Positions 12,577 to 24,208 of a DNA stretch of 64,000 bases are shown piece after piece (within the stretch, counting starts at the first letter, position 1; every line of letters starts with the position of its first letter). The stretch is from positions 29,813,857 to 29,877,856 of the forward strand of contig NC_083407.1 in the NCBI RefSeq assembly GCF_020745735.1, written 5' to 3'. This DNA comes from Hemiscyllium ocellatum (Eukaryota). Position numbers and translations under genes: made by a program. The notes beneath the pieces are model-generated. The model searched no databases. It saw only the letters and a program-made list of their open reading frames with translations, and was not told the DNA's origin.

Positions 12577-13699
12577 AAAAAAGAAGTGAAGGGGAATTAT
12601 GAGAAAAGAATGGAAGCAAAAGTAATATGGGATACAAAAGTCTTCTAAAGGCAAATAGCTAGTAAAAGATGAGTAAAAGGAGGAATAGGGCCAACAAGGA
12701 AACATAAAGGGGATTTGTGCATGGAGGTAGAGGGCATGGCTGAAGTATTTAATTAATATTTTGCCTCTCTCTACCTAGGAAGTAGATGTAACCCAAGCCA
12801 TTGTAACAGCAGCATATCTCTGTCAGTAGAAAATTGTAAAATTAATGAGGAAGAAGTCATGGATATACTGTTAGTACTTAAAGTTGACAAGGCACCAGAA
12901 TTGAGTGAGATAAATCCACAACTTTTGAAGGAAGTGCAGGTTGAAATTCCCGAGCAACTGGCCACAACCTTTCAGTCTTCCCGAGACTCAGATAAAGACT
13001 AGAGAAATGAAAATATCATGCCCTTGTTTGCAAAACATTGTAAGGACAAGACAAATGATTATAGACCGCTTATTTAATTTCAGCGGTGAGGAATCTTCCA
13101 GAAACAATTATTTGCTACAGAATTAATGGACAAATGGGAAATGGAATGCTGGATTCCAAATTTGGAAATGATGTTTAATTAACTTATTGGTACAACACAC
13201 GCGACGTACTTGTCAAAAAACTATAGCTCATAGCATAAAAGTGAAAATAGCAATGTAGATTCAAACTTGGTCAAGTGATAGGAGCAATTAGTAAAACACA
13301 AGGTGTTACTGGCTTTATTAATATAGATATAAAATACAACAGGAAGAAGGTGATGATAAACTTGTAGTCGACACTTGATAGGCCTCAGCTGGAGTTTTGT
13401 ATGTAGCTCTTGGCAATATAGAAAGATACACATGTGTACACATGCACACATGTGAACACATCGAAGAAAGTGTAGAAGAGAATGGAGCCAAGGCAAAACT
13501 TATGTGGATAGCTTGGGGAAATTGGAACTGTTCATCGTTGCACAAAAGAAAGTTAAGAGGACTGAAGTTTTCATAATTATGAGAGGGCGGAATAGTGTAG
13601 AGAGGAAGAAACTGTTGCCAAACATTAAAAGGTCAGGAATGAGAGGGCATAGATTTAAGGAAGTGAGTGTAATGTGAGAAAAAGACTTCTCATACAATG

Positions 13700-14305
13700 T
13701 TGGTGAGGCCACGTTTAGGATACTATATACAATTCTGGTCAACCTTCTTTAGGAAGGATGCCGTTAAACATCAGAGGCTCCAGAAAAGAACAAGGATGTT
13801 GCTGGGACTGGAGGGTTTGGGTTATAGGAAGAGGCTGAATCAGCTGCAGCTTTTTCCCTGGAGTGTGGAAGGCTGAGGGGTGACCTTACAGAAGTTTATA
13901 AAATCATGAGGTACATGGATAGGATGAATAACAAAGGTCTTTTTCTTAGGAGGAGGGAGTCCAAATGGATAGGAAGAATAGCCAAGGTCTTTTTCCTAGG
14001 AGGAGGGAGTCCAAAACTAGAGGGCGTAGGCTTACAGTGAGAAGGGAAAGATTCAAAAGCATCTGAGAGGTTACGTTTTCATGCAGACAGTGGTGTGTGT
14101 ATGGAACAAGTTGCCAGAGGAAGTGGTGGAGGTTGGCACAATAACAACATTTAAAGGGAATCTGGATGGTTTATGAATAGCAGGGGTTAAGAGTGATATG
14201 GGCCAAATGCTGGCAAATGTTACGAGGTCAGATTGAGATGTCTGGTCAGTGCAGATGAGTTGGGCCAAAGAGTCTGTTTCCATGCTGTAAGACTCTATAA
14301 CTCTA
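13700..14305 (+). mobile_element. HER1-like CR1 3' fragment containing an internal ~50-bp tandem duplication
   Basis: Collinear with 18280-18838; GGATAGGA..AGGTCTTTTTC..AGGAGGAGGGAGTCCAAA is repeated at ~13917-14016. Confidence 0.8.
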
Positions 14306-14909
14306 AGTCATTCAGATCTGGAAGGCACTTCCTGGAAGTGTGGTGGAGACAGATTTGATTGAAGCATTCAAGACAGCATTAAACAGTTATTTAAGTAAAA
14401 AGGAGGTGATTTCCTTGAATTCCAGGAGCAACAATTACTGTTTTATATGCTGTTGCATTGTTTTGGAACTTTGGAGAAAAAGTCAAAACAGCAGCAGTTT
14501 AAAAGGGAGAAGAGCAGACAAAGGAGGCACATGGTGAGGACAGTACAGGAGAGAGAGGGAGCGAACCTGCACAGTTACCGCCTTTGCTGTTTAAATTTGT
14601 GTATCGCTGGACATCGGAGTGCATCTGGGAAAATGAACATACAGTGAAATTGACAACTAATCTTGGAGGAACTGTTGGGCAAACTTCACAGCACAGAATC
14701 AGATAAGTTAATAGTTGTTTTAAGTTTGTCCAAGAGAAAGGCTGCAGTAGCGAGTATAGTGGATTCGTTCTTGATTATATGTTTTTGGAGATAAGTCTCT
14801 TTATTAAACTTAAAATATAAGCTATTGCTATTAACTTAACCTGGGGCAGTGTTTGTAGAGGAATAAGATGGTGTTATTTTCTGGGTCTGTAGATCGTGAA
14901 GGAGCAAAA

Positions 14910-15845
14910 ATGGCCTTTGCAGTGATATGTACTTCTTGTCAGATGTGGGAGTTTAAAGAGAGTTTAAGGGTTACTGCGGATTATATCTGCCACAAATGCT
15001 GTTGGATGCAAATCTGATCAGATCGAGTGGATCGGTTGGAGAGACAGATAGAAGCGATGAGGAATTTGCAACAGCAACAGTATGTGATGGATGGCAGTTA
15101 TAGGAAGGGGGGAAAGTCTCAGATACAGTCACATAGATGGGTTAACTCCATGAAGGGTAAGAGAGATAGGCAGCTAGTTCAGGAGTCTTTTCTGGATACA
15201 CCCATTTCAAACAGGTATGCTGTTTTGGAAAATGTAGTGGGTGATGGATTCTCAGGAGAATGTAGCACCAACAGCCAAGGTTTTGTTGTTGGTACTGGCT
15301 CTAACATAACGAGGGGTATGTTGCTTCCAAGAGATCAATTGTGATTGGGGATTCTGTAGTCAGAGGTACAGACAGAAGTTTCTGTGGCCAGAAGAGAAAC
15401 AGCAGAATGGTGTGTTGTTTCCCTGGTGCCAGGATCAAGGATGTCTCAAAGAGGGTGCAGAATGTTCTCACGGGGGAGAGGGGCCAGCAGGAGGTCATTG
15501 TCCACATTGGAACCAACAACATTGGAAGGGAAAAGGTTGAGACTCTGATGGGAGATTACAGCGAGTTAGGCAGAAATTTAAAAAGGAGGTCCTCAAGGGT
15601 AGTAATATCTGGATTACTCCCAGTGCTACAAGCTAGTGAGGGCAGGAATAGGAGGGTAGAGTAGCTGAATGCATGACTGAGGAGCTGGTGTATGGGGGAA
15701 GGATCCACATTTTTGGATCATTGGAATCTCTTTTAGGGTAGAAGTGACCTGTACAAGAAGGACGGATTGCACCTAAATTGGAAGGGGACTAATATACTTG
15801 CAGGGAGATTTGCTAGAACTGCTTGAGAGGATTTAAACTACTAAG
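14910..15845 (+). pseudogene. CR1 ORF1: zinc finger/coiled coil plus SGNH (GDSL-like) esterase domain, disrupted
   Basis: MAFAVICTSCQMWE..DYICHKC, then VIGDSVVRG, PGARIKDV, VHIGTNNI and DGLHLN blocks; internal stop and frameshift. Confidence 0.85.
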
Positions 15846-15949
15846 GTGGAAGGTGGGACCCAGGGAGATAGTGAGGAAAGAGATCGATCTGAGACTGGTA
15901 CAGGTGAGAACAGAAGTGATTCAAACAGTCAGGGCAGACAGGGACAAGA

Positions 15950-18762
15950 TAGGACTAAAAATTAGCTGCAGTTATTTCAATGCAAGGGACCGAACAGGGA
16001 AGGCAGATGAACTCAGGGCATGGTTAGGAACATGGGATGGGGACATCATAGCAATTACGGAAACATGGCTCAGGGATGGGCAGGAACTGGCAGCGGAATG
16101 TTCCAGGATAAAAATGCTACAGGAAGGATAGGATGAGAAGCAAGAGAGGAGGGGGAGTGGCATTTTTGATAAGGGATAGCATTACAGCTGTGCAGAGGGA
16201 GGATATTCCAGAAGTACATCCAGGGAAGTTATTTGGGTGGAACTGAGAAATAAGAAAGGGATGATCACGTTATTGGGATTGTATTATAGACACCCCAATA
16301 GTCAGAGGGAAATTGAGAAACAAACTTGTAAGGAGAGCTCAGCTATCTGTAAGAAAAATAGGGTGGTTAAGGTAGGGGATTTTAACTTTCCAAACATCGA
16401 CTAGGACTGCCATAGTGTTAAAGGTTTAGATGGAGAGGAATTTGTTAAATATGTACAAGACAATTTTCTGATTCAATATGCGGATGTACCTATTAGAGAA
16501 GATGCAAAACCTGACCTACTCTTGGGAAATAAGGCAGGGCAGGTGACTGAGGTGTCAGTGGGGGAGCACTTTGGGGCCAGCGACCATAATTCTATTCATT
16601 TTAAAATAGCGATGGAAAAGGATAGACCAGATCTAAAAGTTGAAGTTCTAAATTGGAGAAAGGAAAATTTTGACGGTATTAGGCAAGAACTTTTGAAAGC
16701 TGATTGGAGGCAAATGTTCACAGGTAAAGGGACGCCTGGAAAATGGGAAGCCTTCGGAAATGAGATAACAAGAATCCAGAGAAATTATATTCCTGTCAGG
16801 GTGAAAGGGAAGGCTGGTAGGCATAGGGAATGCTGGATGACTAAAGAAATTGAGGGTTTGGTTAAGAAAAAGAAGGATATAGACAGGTATAGACAGGATA
16901 GAACGAATGAATCCTTAGAAGAGTAGAAAGAAAGTAGGAGTATACTTAAGAGGGAAATCAGGAGGGCAAAACGGGGACAAGAAATAGCTTTGAAAAATAG
17001 AATTAAGGAGAATCCAAAGGGTTTTTACAAATATATTAAGGACAAAAGGGTAACTAGGGAGAGAATAGGGCCTCTCAAAGATCAGCAATGCGGCCTTTGT
17101 GTGGAGCCACAGAAAATGGGGGAGATACTAAATGAATATTTTGCATCAGTATTTACTGTGGAAAAGGACATGGAAGGTATAGACTGTGGGGAAATAGATG
17201 GTGACATCTTGCAAAATGTCCAGATTACAGAGGAGGAAGTGCTGGATGTCTTGAATGGTTAAAAGTGGATAAATCCCCAGGACCTAATCAGGTGTACCCA
17301 AGAACTCTGTGGGAAGCTAGAGAAGTGATTGCTGGGCCTCTTGCTGAGATATTTGTATCATCGATAGTCACAGGTAAGATGCCGGAAGACTGGAGGTTGG
17401 CAAACCTGGTGCCACTGTTTAACAAGGGTGGTAAAGATAAGCCAAGGAACTACAGACTGGTGAGCCTGACCTCGGTGGTGGGCAAGTTGTTGGAGGGAAT
17501 CCTGAGGGACAGGATGATACATGTATTTGGAAAGGCAAGGACTAATTCGGGGTAGTCAACATGGCTTTGTGCATGAGAAATCATGTCTCACAAACTTGAT
17601 TGAGTTTTTTGAGGAAGTAACAAAGAAGATTGATGAGGGCAGAGCAGTAGATGTGATCTATATGGACTTCAGTAAGGCATTCGACAAGGATCCCCATGGG
17701 AGACTGATTAGCAAGATTAGATCTCATGGAATATAGGGAGAACTAACCATTTGGATACAGAACTGGCTCAAAGGTAGAAGACAGAGGGTGGTGGTGGAGG
17801 GTTGTTTTTCAGACTGGAGGCCTGTGACCAGTGGAGTGCCACAAGGATCGGTGCTGGGCCCTCTACCTTTTGTTATTTACATAAATGATTTGGATGCGAG
17901 CATAAGAGGTACAGTTAGTAAGTTTGCAGATGACACCAAAATTGGAGGTGTAGTGGACAGCAAAGAGGATTACCTCAGATTACAATAGGATCTTGACCAG
18001 ATGGGCCAATGGGCTGAGAAGTGGCAGATGGAGTTTAATTCAGATAAATGTGAGGTGCTGCATTTTGGGAAAGCAAATCTTAGCAGGACTTATACACTTA
18101 ATGTTTGGGTCCTCAGGAGTTTGCTGAACAAAGAGACCTTGGAATGCAGGTTCATAGCTCCTTGAAAGTGGAGTTGCAGGTAGATTAGATAGTGATCAAG
18201 GCGTTTGGTATGCTTTCCTTTATTGGTCAGAGAATTGAGTACAGGAGTTGGGAGGTCATGTTGCGGCTGTACAGGACATTGGTTAGGCCACTGTTGGAAT
18301 ATTGCGAGCAATTCTGGTCTCCTTCCTATCGGAATGATGTTGTGAAACTTGATAGGGTTCAGAAAAGATCTTACAAGGATGTTGCCAGGGTAGGAGGATC
18401 TGAGCTACAAGAAGAGGCTGAACAGGCTGGGGCTGTTTTCCCTGGAGCGTCGGAGGCTGAGGGGTGACTTTATAGAGGTTTACAAAATTATGAGGGACAT
18501 GGATAGGATAAATAGGCAAAGTCTTTTCCCTGGAGTTGGGGAGTCCAGAATTAGAGGACGTAGGTCTAGGGTGAGAGGGGAAAGATATAAAAGAGACCTA
18601 AGGGGCAACTTTTTCACGCAGAGGGTGGTACGTGTATGGAATGAACTGCCAGAGGATGTGGTGGACACTGGTACAACTGCAACAGTTAAGAGACATTTGA
18701 ATGGGTATATGAATAGGAAGGGTTTGGAGGGATATGGGCCGGTTGCTGGCAGGTGGGATTAG
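15950..18762 (+). pseudogene. CR1 ORF2: APE endonuclease plus reverse transcriptase, disrupted
   Basis: YFNAR, IAITETWL, GDFNFP and SDHNSI (APE); QHGF, YMDFSKAFD, GVPQGSVLGP and FADD (RT); broken into at least 8 pieces. Confidence 0.92.
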
Positions 18763-19229
18763 ATTGGGTTGGGATATCTGGTCGGCATGGACGCGTTGGA
18801 CCGAAGGGTCTGTTTCCATGCTGTACATCTCTATGACTCGACTTGCCTGGCTTGACACAGTAGCAAAAACACTCAAGAAGATTAACACCACTTAAATCAG
18901 AGGTTAATCAGCATCCTTACAATTAGACTAAATATCCAAAACTTTAATAATCAATAAACTATGGCTACTGACTGTACAATCAACAGCATACAATCCAGCA
19001 ACGCATCAATAATACTTCAATCATATTTTGATCCTATTTAACATCTATCACTGAAAATTGTTCAAAAGCTCAAAAGCTCTAACAGATTAGACAGAGATAA
19101 ATTATTCCTATTGGTGGAAAGGTTAGGAATCAGAGAAGGCATACTTAATGTAAAGAACTAGAGGGTACTTGAGGAAAACCTTTTTCACAGCAAGTAGTTA
19201 TGATCTGAAATACATTGGTAATGGAGACA

Positions 19230-19745
19230 ATAAAAAATTACAGAAGCTGGAATCCAAAGTAAACATGCAGGAGGCTGGAGGAACACTAGCAGCATCCAGA
19301 GATGGATAAGTTAATATTTCGGATACAACCCTTCTTCAGGACTGGGAGGGTGTCAGGGGAAATGCAGGTAAAGTGGGTGGCGGGGGCAGGGTAGTGAAGT
19401 GGGGATAGGTGAAGGCAGGTAGAGGATGTGACCTGGTTGATCAATTGGAGGAATGAATCCAGTTGGTGGCAGGGAGGAGAGGGAGGGAGGGAAAGGGGCT
19501 GGGTTAGGATTCAGGGAATCCGAAGGGAGGTTATTTGAAACTTGAGAACTCATTGTTGATTTCTCCGGGCTGTAGGCTGCCCAGTCAGAAGATGAGGTGT
19601 TGATCCTCCAATTTGCGGTTTGGTTTGTTGTGGAAATGGAGGAGGCCAAGGATGGTCATGTCGGAAAGAGCGTGGGAAGGGGAATTAAAATGGGCAGTGT
19701 CTGGGAGGTCCGACCGATCCCTATGGGCCCAGCTGCGATGCTACA
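19230..19745 (-). mobile_element. Penelope-like element 3' fragment (GIY-YIG C-terminus, 3' UTR, hammerhead motif)
   Basis: Minus frame MTILGLLHFHNKPNRKLEDQHLIF*LGSLQPGEINNEFSSFK* parallels the 46.7-46.9 kb peptide. CTGAAGA-A-GGGT-TGT-ATCC-GAAATATT lies at ~19313-19339. Confidence 0.85.
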
Positions 19746-20214
19746 AAAATTGGGTAATTAATTGCTTTTCCTGCCTTTATAAATTTTACCTGATTCAAAT
19801 CAGAACATTTCATGCAATTGTATGGAATTTTATTAAATTTACATTTCTGGCTAATACCAGGTTCAAGCACATTTTGATAAAACCCAATGAATCATTGTTC
19901 CATCATACATTGTTATGCTTTGGTGCAGTAAAAATTGGTACATTTGCACCGAAACCTTATTTATCAATGAAAAGGAATTATAAAACTCGTTAATTGACTG
20001 TCTATTTGATTTCATAAATGGATCTATTATCTCTGAAAGTATTGCTACATATTCTAATACAGTTTGTTTTCAGCAACTCGTGGAAGTAAGAACAAGGCTT
20101 CCAACCTGACTGCTTCCGTCCAGCTCAATCACGCCCCATCCAATTCCTCGCTGTCAGTAAGTGATACTTCCACAATATTATTTCCCATCATTATTCTAAA
20201 ACACTTTCTTAAAA

Positions 20215-20320
20215 CTCATTCATGGAATGTGAGCACTGTTGGCTAAGCCAGTATTTGTTGTTCTTCCCTAATTGCCCTTGAGAAGGTGTTCATGAGATAT
20301 CCTCTTGAACCACTGATGTT
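20215..20320 (-). mobile_element. 3' tail fragment of the LINE family seen at 28.8-30.4 kb
   Basis: CCCTAATTGCCCTTGAGAAGGTG is the reverse complement of CACCTTCTCAAGGGCAA at ~30380. Confidence 0.6.
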
Positions 20321-20347
20321 CATCCACAGTTTTAAAGGTTTAAATGC

Positions 20348-20350
<3 letters not shown>

Positions 20351-20400
<50 letters not shown>
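20351..20400. repeat. Compound (TA)n(CA)n microsatellite
   Basis: Directly visible. Confidence 0.95.
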
Positions 20401-20774
20401 TAATTAAACCTTACTCTTGCAATAAATGAAATTTCAGCAGACCTTGACTCTCTATTTTGACTCTTTTGGATTGAAATCAGACGATATAAAGTATCTTGTA
20501 CCAGTCACAACATAATATCTGACTTGTTATACAATGTCATTGTTTTATGAAGAAGATTAATGCATGATACTAATGGTTGGCAACTTTGATAAGAAAAACC
20601 AGGTGATGAGTCAAAATGTCTCAACCTATGTGCACATCATCAAACAGCTCATAATTCACTCAGGGAGGAAAAGAATCATGCAATTATAATATGGCATATC
20701 AGATTCCTGGGAACATCTCTTAGTGCTTCAGCTTAAATTAAATACTTTCAAGTGGAAGGTTACCGAGATAAAGA

Positions 20775-21305
20775 TGGCAATATGACAGCCATATTATGCA
20801 CAGCAAGATCACATTAATATCAGTTAAATGACTTACAGTATCTAGTTGGGCAGAATCATAGAATCCCGACTGTTATTGATCATTTGGCCCATCAAGCCTG
20901 TGCTACAGGGTGAATTTTATCATGGCAAATCCACTTAACCTGCACATCTTTAGACTGTGGAGGAAATCAGACCACTGAGTGGAAACCCACACAGATACAG
21001 GGAGAACATGCAAACTCCATGCAGTCACCCAAGGCTGGAATCAAACCTGGGTTGCTGGCACTGTGAGGCAGCAGTGCTAACCACTATGTCATCCACAGTG
21101 GAGAGCTCTCTGGCTTTTTTTGTATCAAAGGAATTTCAACATGCATCTAAGTAGGCAATCAGTATAAATTCGTTGGTTAATGTTTGCATCATCGAAGGTG
21201 CAGCAGTACTAAAGTACTGGAATGTCAGCTTTATTTACATGTGGAAGTGCTGATTTAAAACTATAACCCATCACCTTTAGACTCAAAGGTGAGAAAGGGT
21301 GCTTA
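20775..21305 (-). mobile_element. Old Deu-domain (SacSINE1/AmnSINE-like) SINE remnant interrupted by HE1
   Basis: CAGCCATATTATGCACAGCAAGATCAC resembles the reversed Deu domain and GTGCAGCAGTACT..CTGGAATGTCAGC..GACTCAAAGGTGAGA the reversed head, as I remember the consensus. Confidence 0.45.
20853..21095 (-). mobile_element. HE1-type SINE (internally deleted)
   Basis: GGAATCAAACCTGGG..GGCACTGTGAGGCAGCAGTGCTAACCACT is the reversed HE1 head. Confidence 0.82.
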
Positions 21306-22615
21306 ATTTAATTTCTTATGGGAGTAGGAGGGTGTTGCTTTGAGATAAAGGTAAAATCAAGGTGGTGTAGCAAAGCACAAGAAGCTCTATACCTGACCAC
21401 ATAATGCTTGATGATACCAACAGTGAATACAAAGAGGGACAAAGAAATCCATTGTCCAGAATCAACTTACAAAAATGTTTCGGCAAAAATATGTAAAAAA
21501 AAAGTTAATTTAAATGTAGACCCAGTTGTATGTTTTCCTAACATTCTTAATGTTACATTGCAATTCCAGCAGCTGGCTGAATAATAATTAGAATAGCAAC
21601 TGTAGTAATGTATATGGGCGGATTTCAGTCCCTACATAAACAAACTATCTTGCTATGAAGTTCCAGCATTTGCTCTAAGTCACAATTTAAGTTGAGTTAA
21701 ATAATGCTTCTACTCACTAATCTTTGTACACATTATTGAGTAGCCACTGTGTCTCAAGTGAACAGGGTAGTCATTTTGGTAAAACAGCCCTTTTACGGCA
21801 GAACAAGAACAGATGAAGAAGAAACAGACTCTAAAGAAGGGTAATTATCCTTTTTTGGATAACTGACAGACAAGAATCAACTATTCAGCACTGACAGAGC
21901 AGCAATCTTGTGATTGTTCTCACTACAACAGAGAACTTCTTACAAGGGACACACATTCAGAATTGAGTGATGCTCAGTGTATAATTTGGGAGCCTGAAAT
22001 CCCACAAGTCCATCATGTAACTCATTTACAATGTGCATGAACTGACTTGAGGACAAATTATGTGATTATACAGCAGTTAATGATTTCAAAGTGGAGTTAG
22101 CAACTTCGTACATCATGTAGCAGAAAATATGATGGTACTATTGCTTATCTGACTTTTAAAGAATATCTTTGATTAATTGATATCATAACTATGACTAATT
22201 GTATACACAGTATTACAGAGGATTGGAATTGTTTTACATTAAGTTCACTTCTTTTCTGAAACTCCACCTTTGAATTCTTCTAATCAGATTTCCACCCAAC
22301 CACAATATCAAAAAGGCTCATATTGCAGTCAGAAGTGATGCCCTATGTGTTGATGTTAAATTCGGTTTCTTCATGGCTTCAAATAATCTGCAAACTTTGA
22401 GATAGTTGGTTACACCATCCTCTTCCAATGCCTCTCCACTTATATCCAGTTGAGAGGGATTACACTCCAAGTTCTATTGTCATCTGTCAATTTGTAAACG
22501 GAACTTCATTTGCAATGGTGGTTCATCCTGTTCCCACACTGTTACATCTAATGACTTTCACCAATGTATCCTTGGTCCCATTGATTGTCATGTATATTCC
22601 TTAATGAAGCAGAAA

Positions 22616-23980
22616 TAGAGTCATAGAGACGTACAGCATGGAAACAGACCCTTCGGTCCAAATCGTCCATGCTGACCAAATATCCCAACCCAATCTAGTC
22701 CCACCTGCCAGCATCTGGCCCATATCCCTCCAAACCCTTCCTGTTCATATACCCATCCAGTTGGCATTAAAATGTTGCAATTGTACCAACCTCCACCATT
22801 TCCTTTGGCAGCTCATTCCATACACGTACCACCCTCTGAGTGAAAAAGTTGCCCTTTAGGTCTCTTTTATATCTTTCCCCTCTCACTCTTAACCTATGCC
22901 CTCAAGTTCTGGACTCCTCCAACCCAGGGAAAAGACTTTGTCTATTTATCCTAGATGCCCCTCATGATTTTATAAACTTCTATAAGGTCACCCCTCAGCC
23001 TCCGACACTCCAGGGAAAACAGCCCCAGCCTATTCAGCCTCTCCCTGTAGCTCAGATCCTCCAACCCTGGCAACATCCTTGTAAATCTTTTCTGAACCCT
23101 TTCAAGTTTCACAACATCTTACCGATAGGAAACAGACCAGAATTGCAGGCAATATTCCAGCAGTGGCCTAACCAATGTCCTGTAGAGATGTAACATGACC
23201 TCCCAACTCCTGTACTCAATACTCTGACCAATAAATGGAAGCATACCAAATGCCTTCTTCACTATCCTATCTACCTGCAACTCCACTTTCAAGGACCTAT
23301 GAGCCTGCACTCCAAGGTCTCTTTGTTCAGCAGCACCTCCAAGGACCTTACCATTTAGTGTAAAAGTCTTGCTAAGATTTGCTTTCCCAAAAATGCAGCA
23401 TCTGACATTTATCTAAATTAAACTCCATCTGCCACTTCTCAGCCCATTGGGCCATCTGATCAAGATCCTGTTGTAATCTGAGGTAGCCTTCTTCGCTGTC
23501 CACTACACCTCCAATTTTGGTGTCATCTGCAAACTTACTAACTGTACCTCTTATACTCACATACAAATCATTTATATAAATGACAAAAAGTAGTGGACCC
23601 AGCACCGACCTTTGTGGAACTCCACTGGTCACAGGCCTCCAGTCTGAAAAACAATCCTCCACCACCACCCTCTGTCTTCTACCTTTGAGCCAATTCTGTA
23701 TCCAAATGGCGAGTTCTCCCTGTGTTCCATGAGATCTAACCTTGCTCACCAGTCTCTCATGGGGAACCTTGTCGAACACCTTATTGAAGTCCGTATTGAT
23801 CACATCTACCACTCTGCCCTCATCAATCCTCTTTGTTACTTCCTCAAAAAACCCAATCAAGTTTGTGAGACATGATTTCCCATACATAAAGCCATGTTGA
23901 CTTTCCCTAATCAGTCCTTGCATTTCCAAATACATGTACATCCTGTCCCTCAGGATTCCATCCAACAACTTGCCCACCAC
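22616..23980 (-). mobile_element. HER1-like CR1 LINE, 5'-truncated (RT domain plus 3' end)
   Basis: The 202-aa ORF 23372-23980 has QHGF, GVPQRSVLGP and FADD; it is the reverse complement of ~17475-18838. Confidence 0.93.
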
Positions 23981-24069
23981 TGGCGTTGGACTCAGAATTT
24001 AACATTGGTAACAGGAATCAACTGATCATCATGAAATCCAATAGTGCACCTAACAAGCAGATATTCGGG

Positions 24070-24208
24070 AAGTACAATAAAGCAAGTCATAAATGCTATG
24101 GGCCAAGTGCTGGCAAATATGATTAGGATAGTTAGTTGGGTGGTTTTGACCAGCACAAATGCAATGGACTAAAAGAGCCTTTTCTAGTGCTGTAGATCTC
24201 TATGACAA
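24070..24208 (+). mobile_element. CR1 3' tail fragment
   Basis: CTATGGGCCAAGTGCTGGCAAAT..GTGCTGTAGATCTCTATGAC. Confidence 0.65.

Larger units (their letters stand above)
11025..14395 (+). mobile_element. Old, fragmented CR1 LINE hosting several younger insertions
   Basis: Degenerate traces of the ORF1 end (GLDLNRAGT), APE, linker (LKVDKAPELSEINPQLLKEV) and ORF2 C-terminus, in the correct order. Confidence 0.65.
14401..18838 (+). mobile_element. Near-full-length HER1-like CR1 LINE (5' UTR, ORF1, ORF2, 3' UTR), inactivated
   Basis: Contiguous ORF1 and ORF2 motifs over 4.4 kb; 3' end TTGGACCGAAGGGTCTGTTTCCATGCTGTACATCTCTATGACTC; multiple stops and frameshifts. Confidence 0.93.

Noticed and set aside
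23372-23980. 202-aa RT ORF as a functional gene
   Set aside because: 5'-truncated LINE copy with a downstream frameshift and substitutions in conserved motifs.
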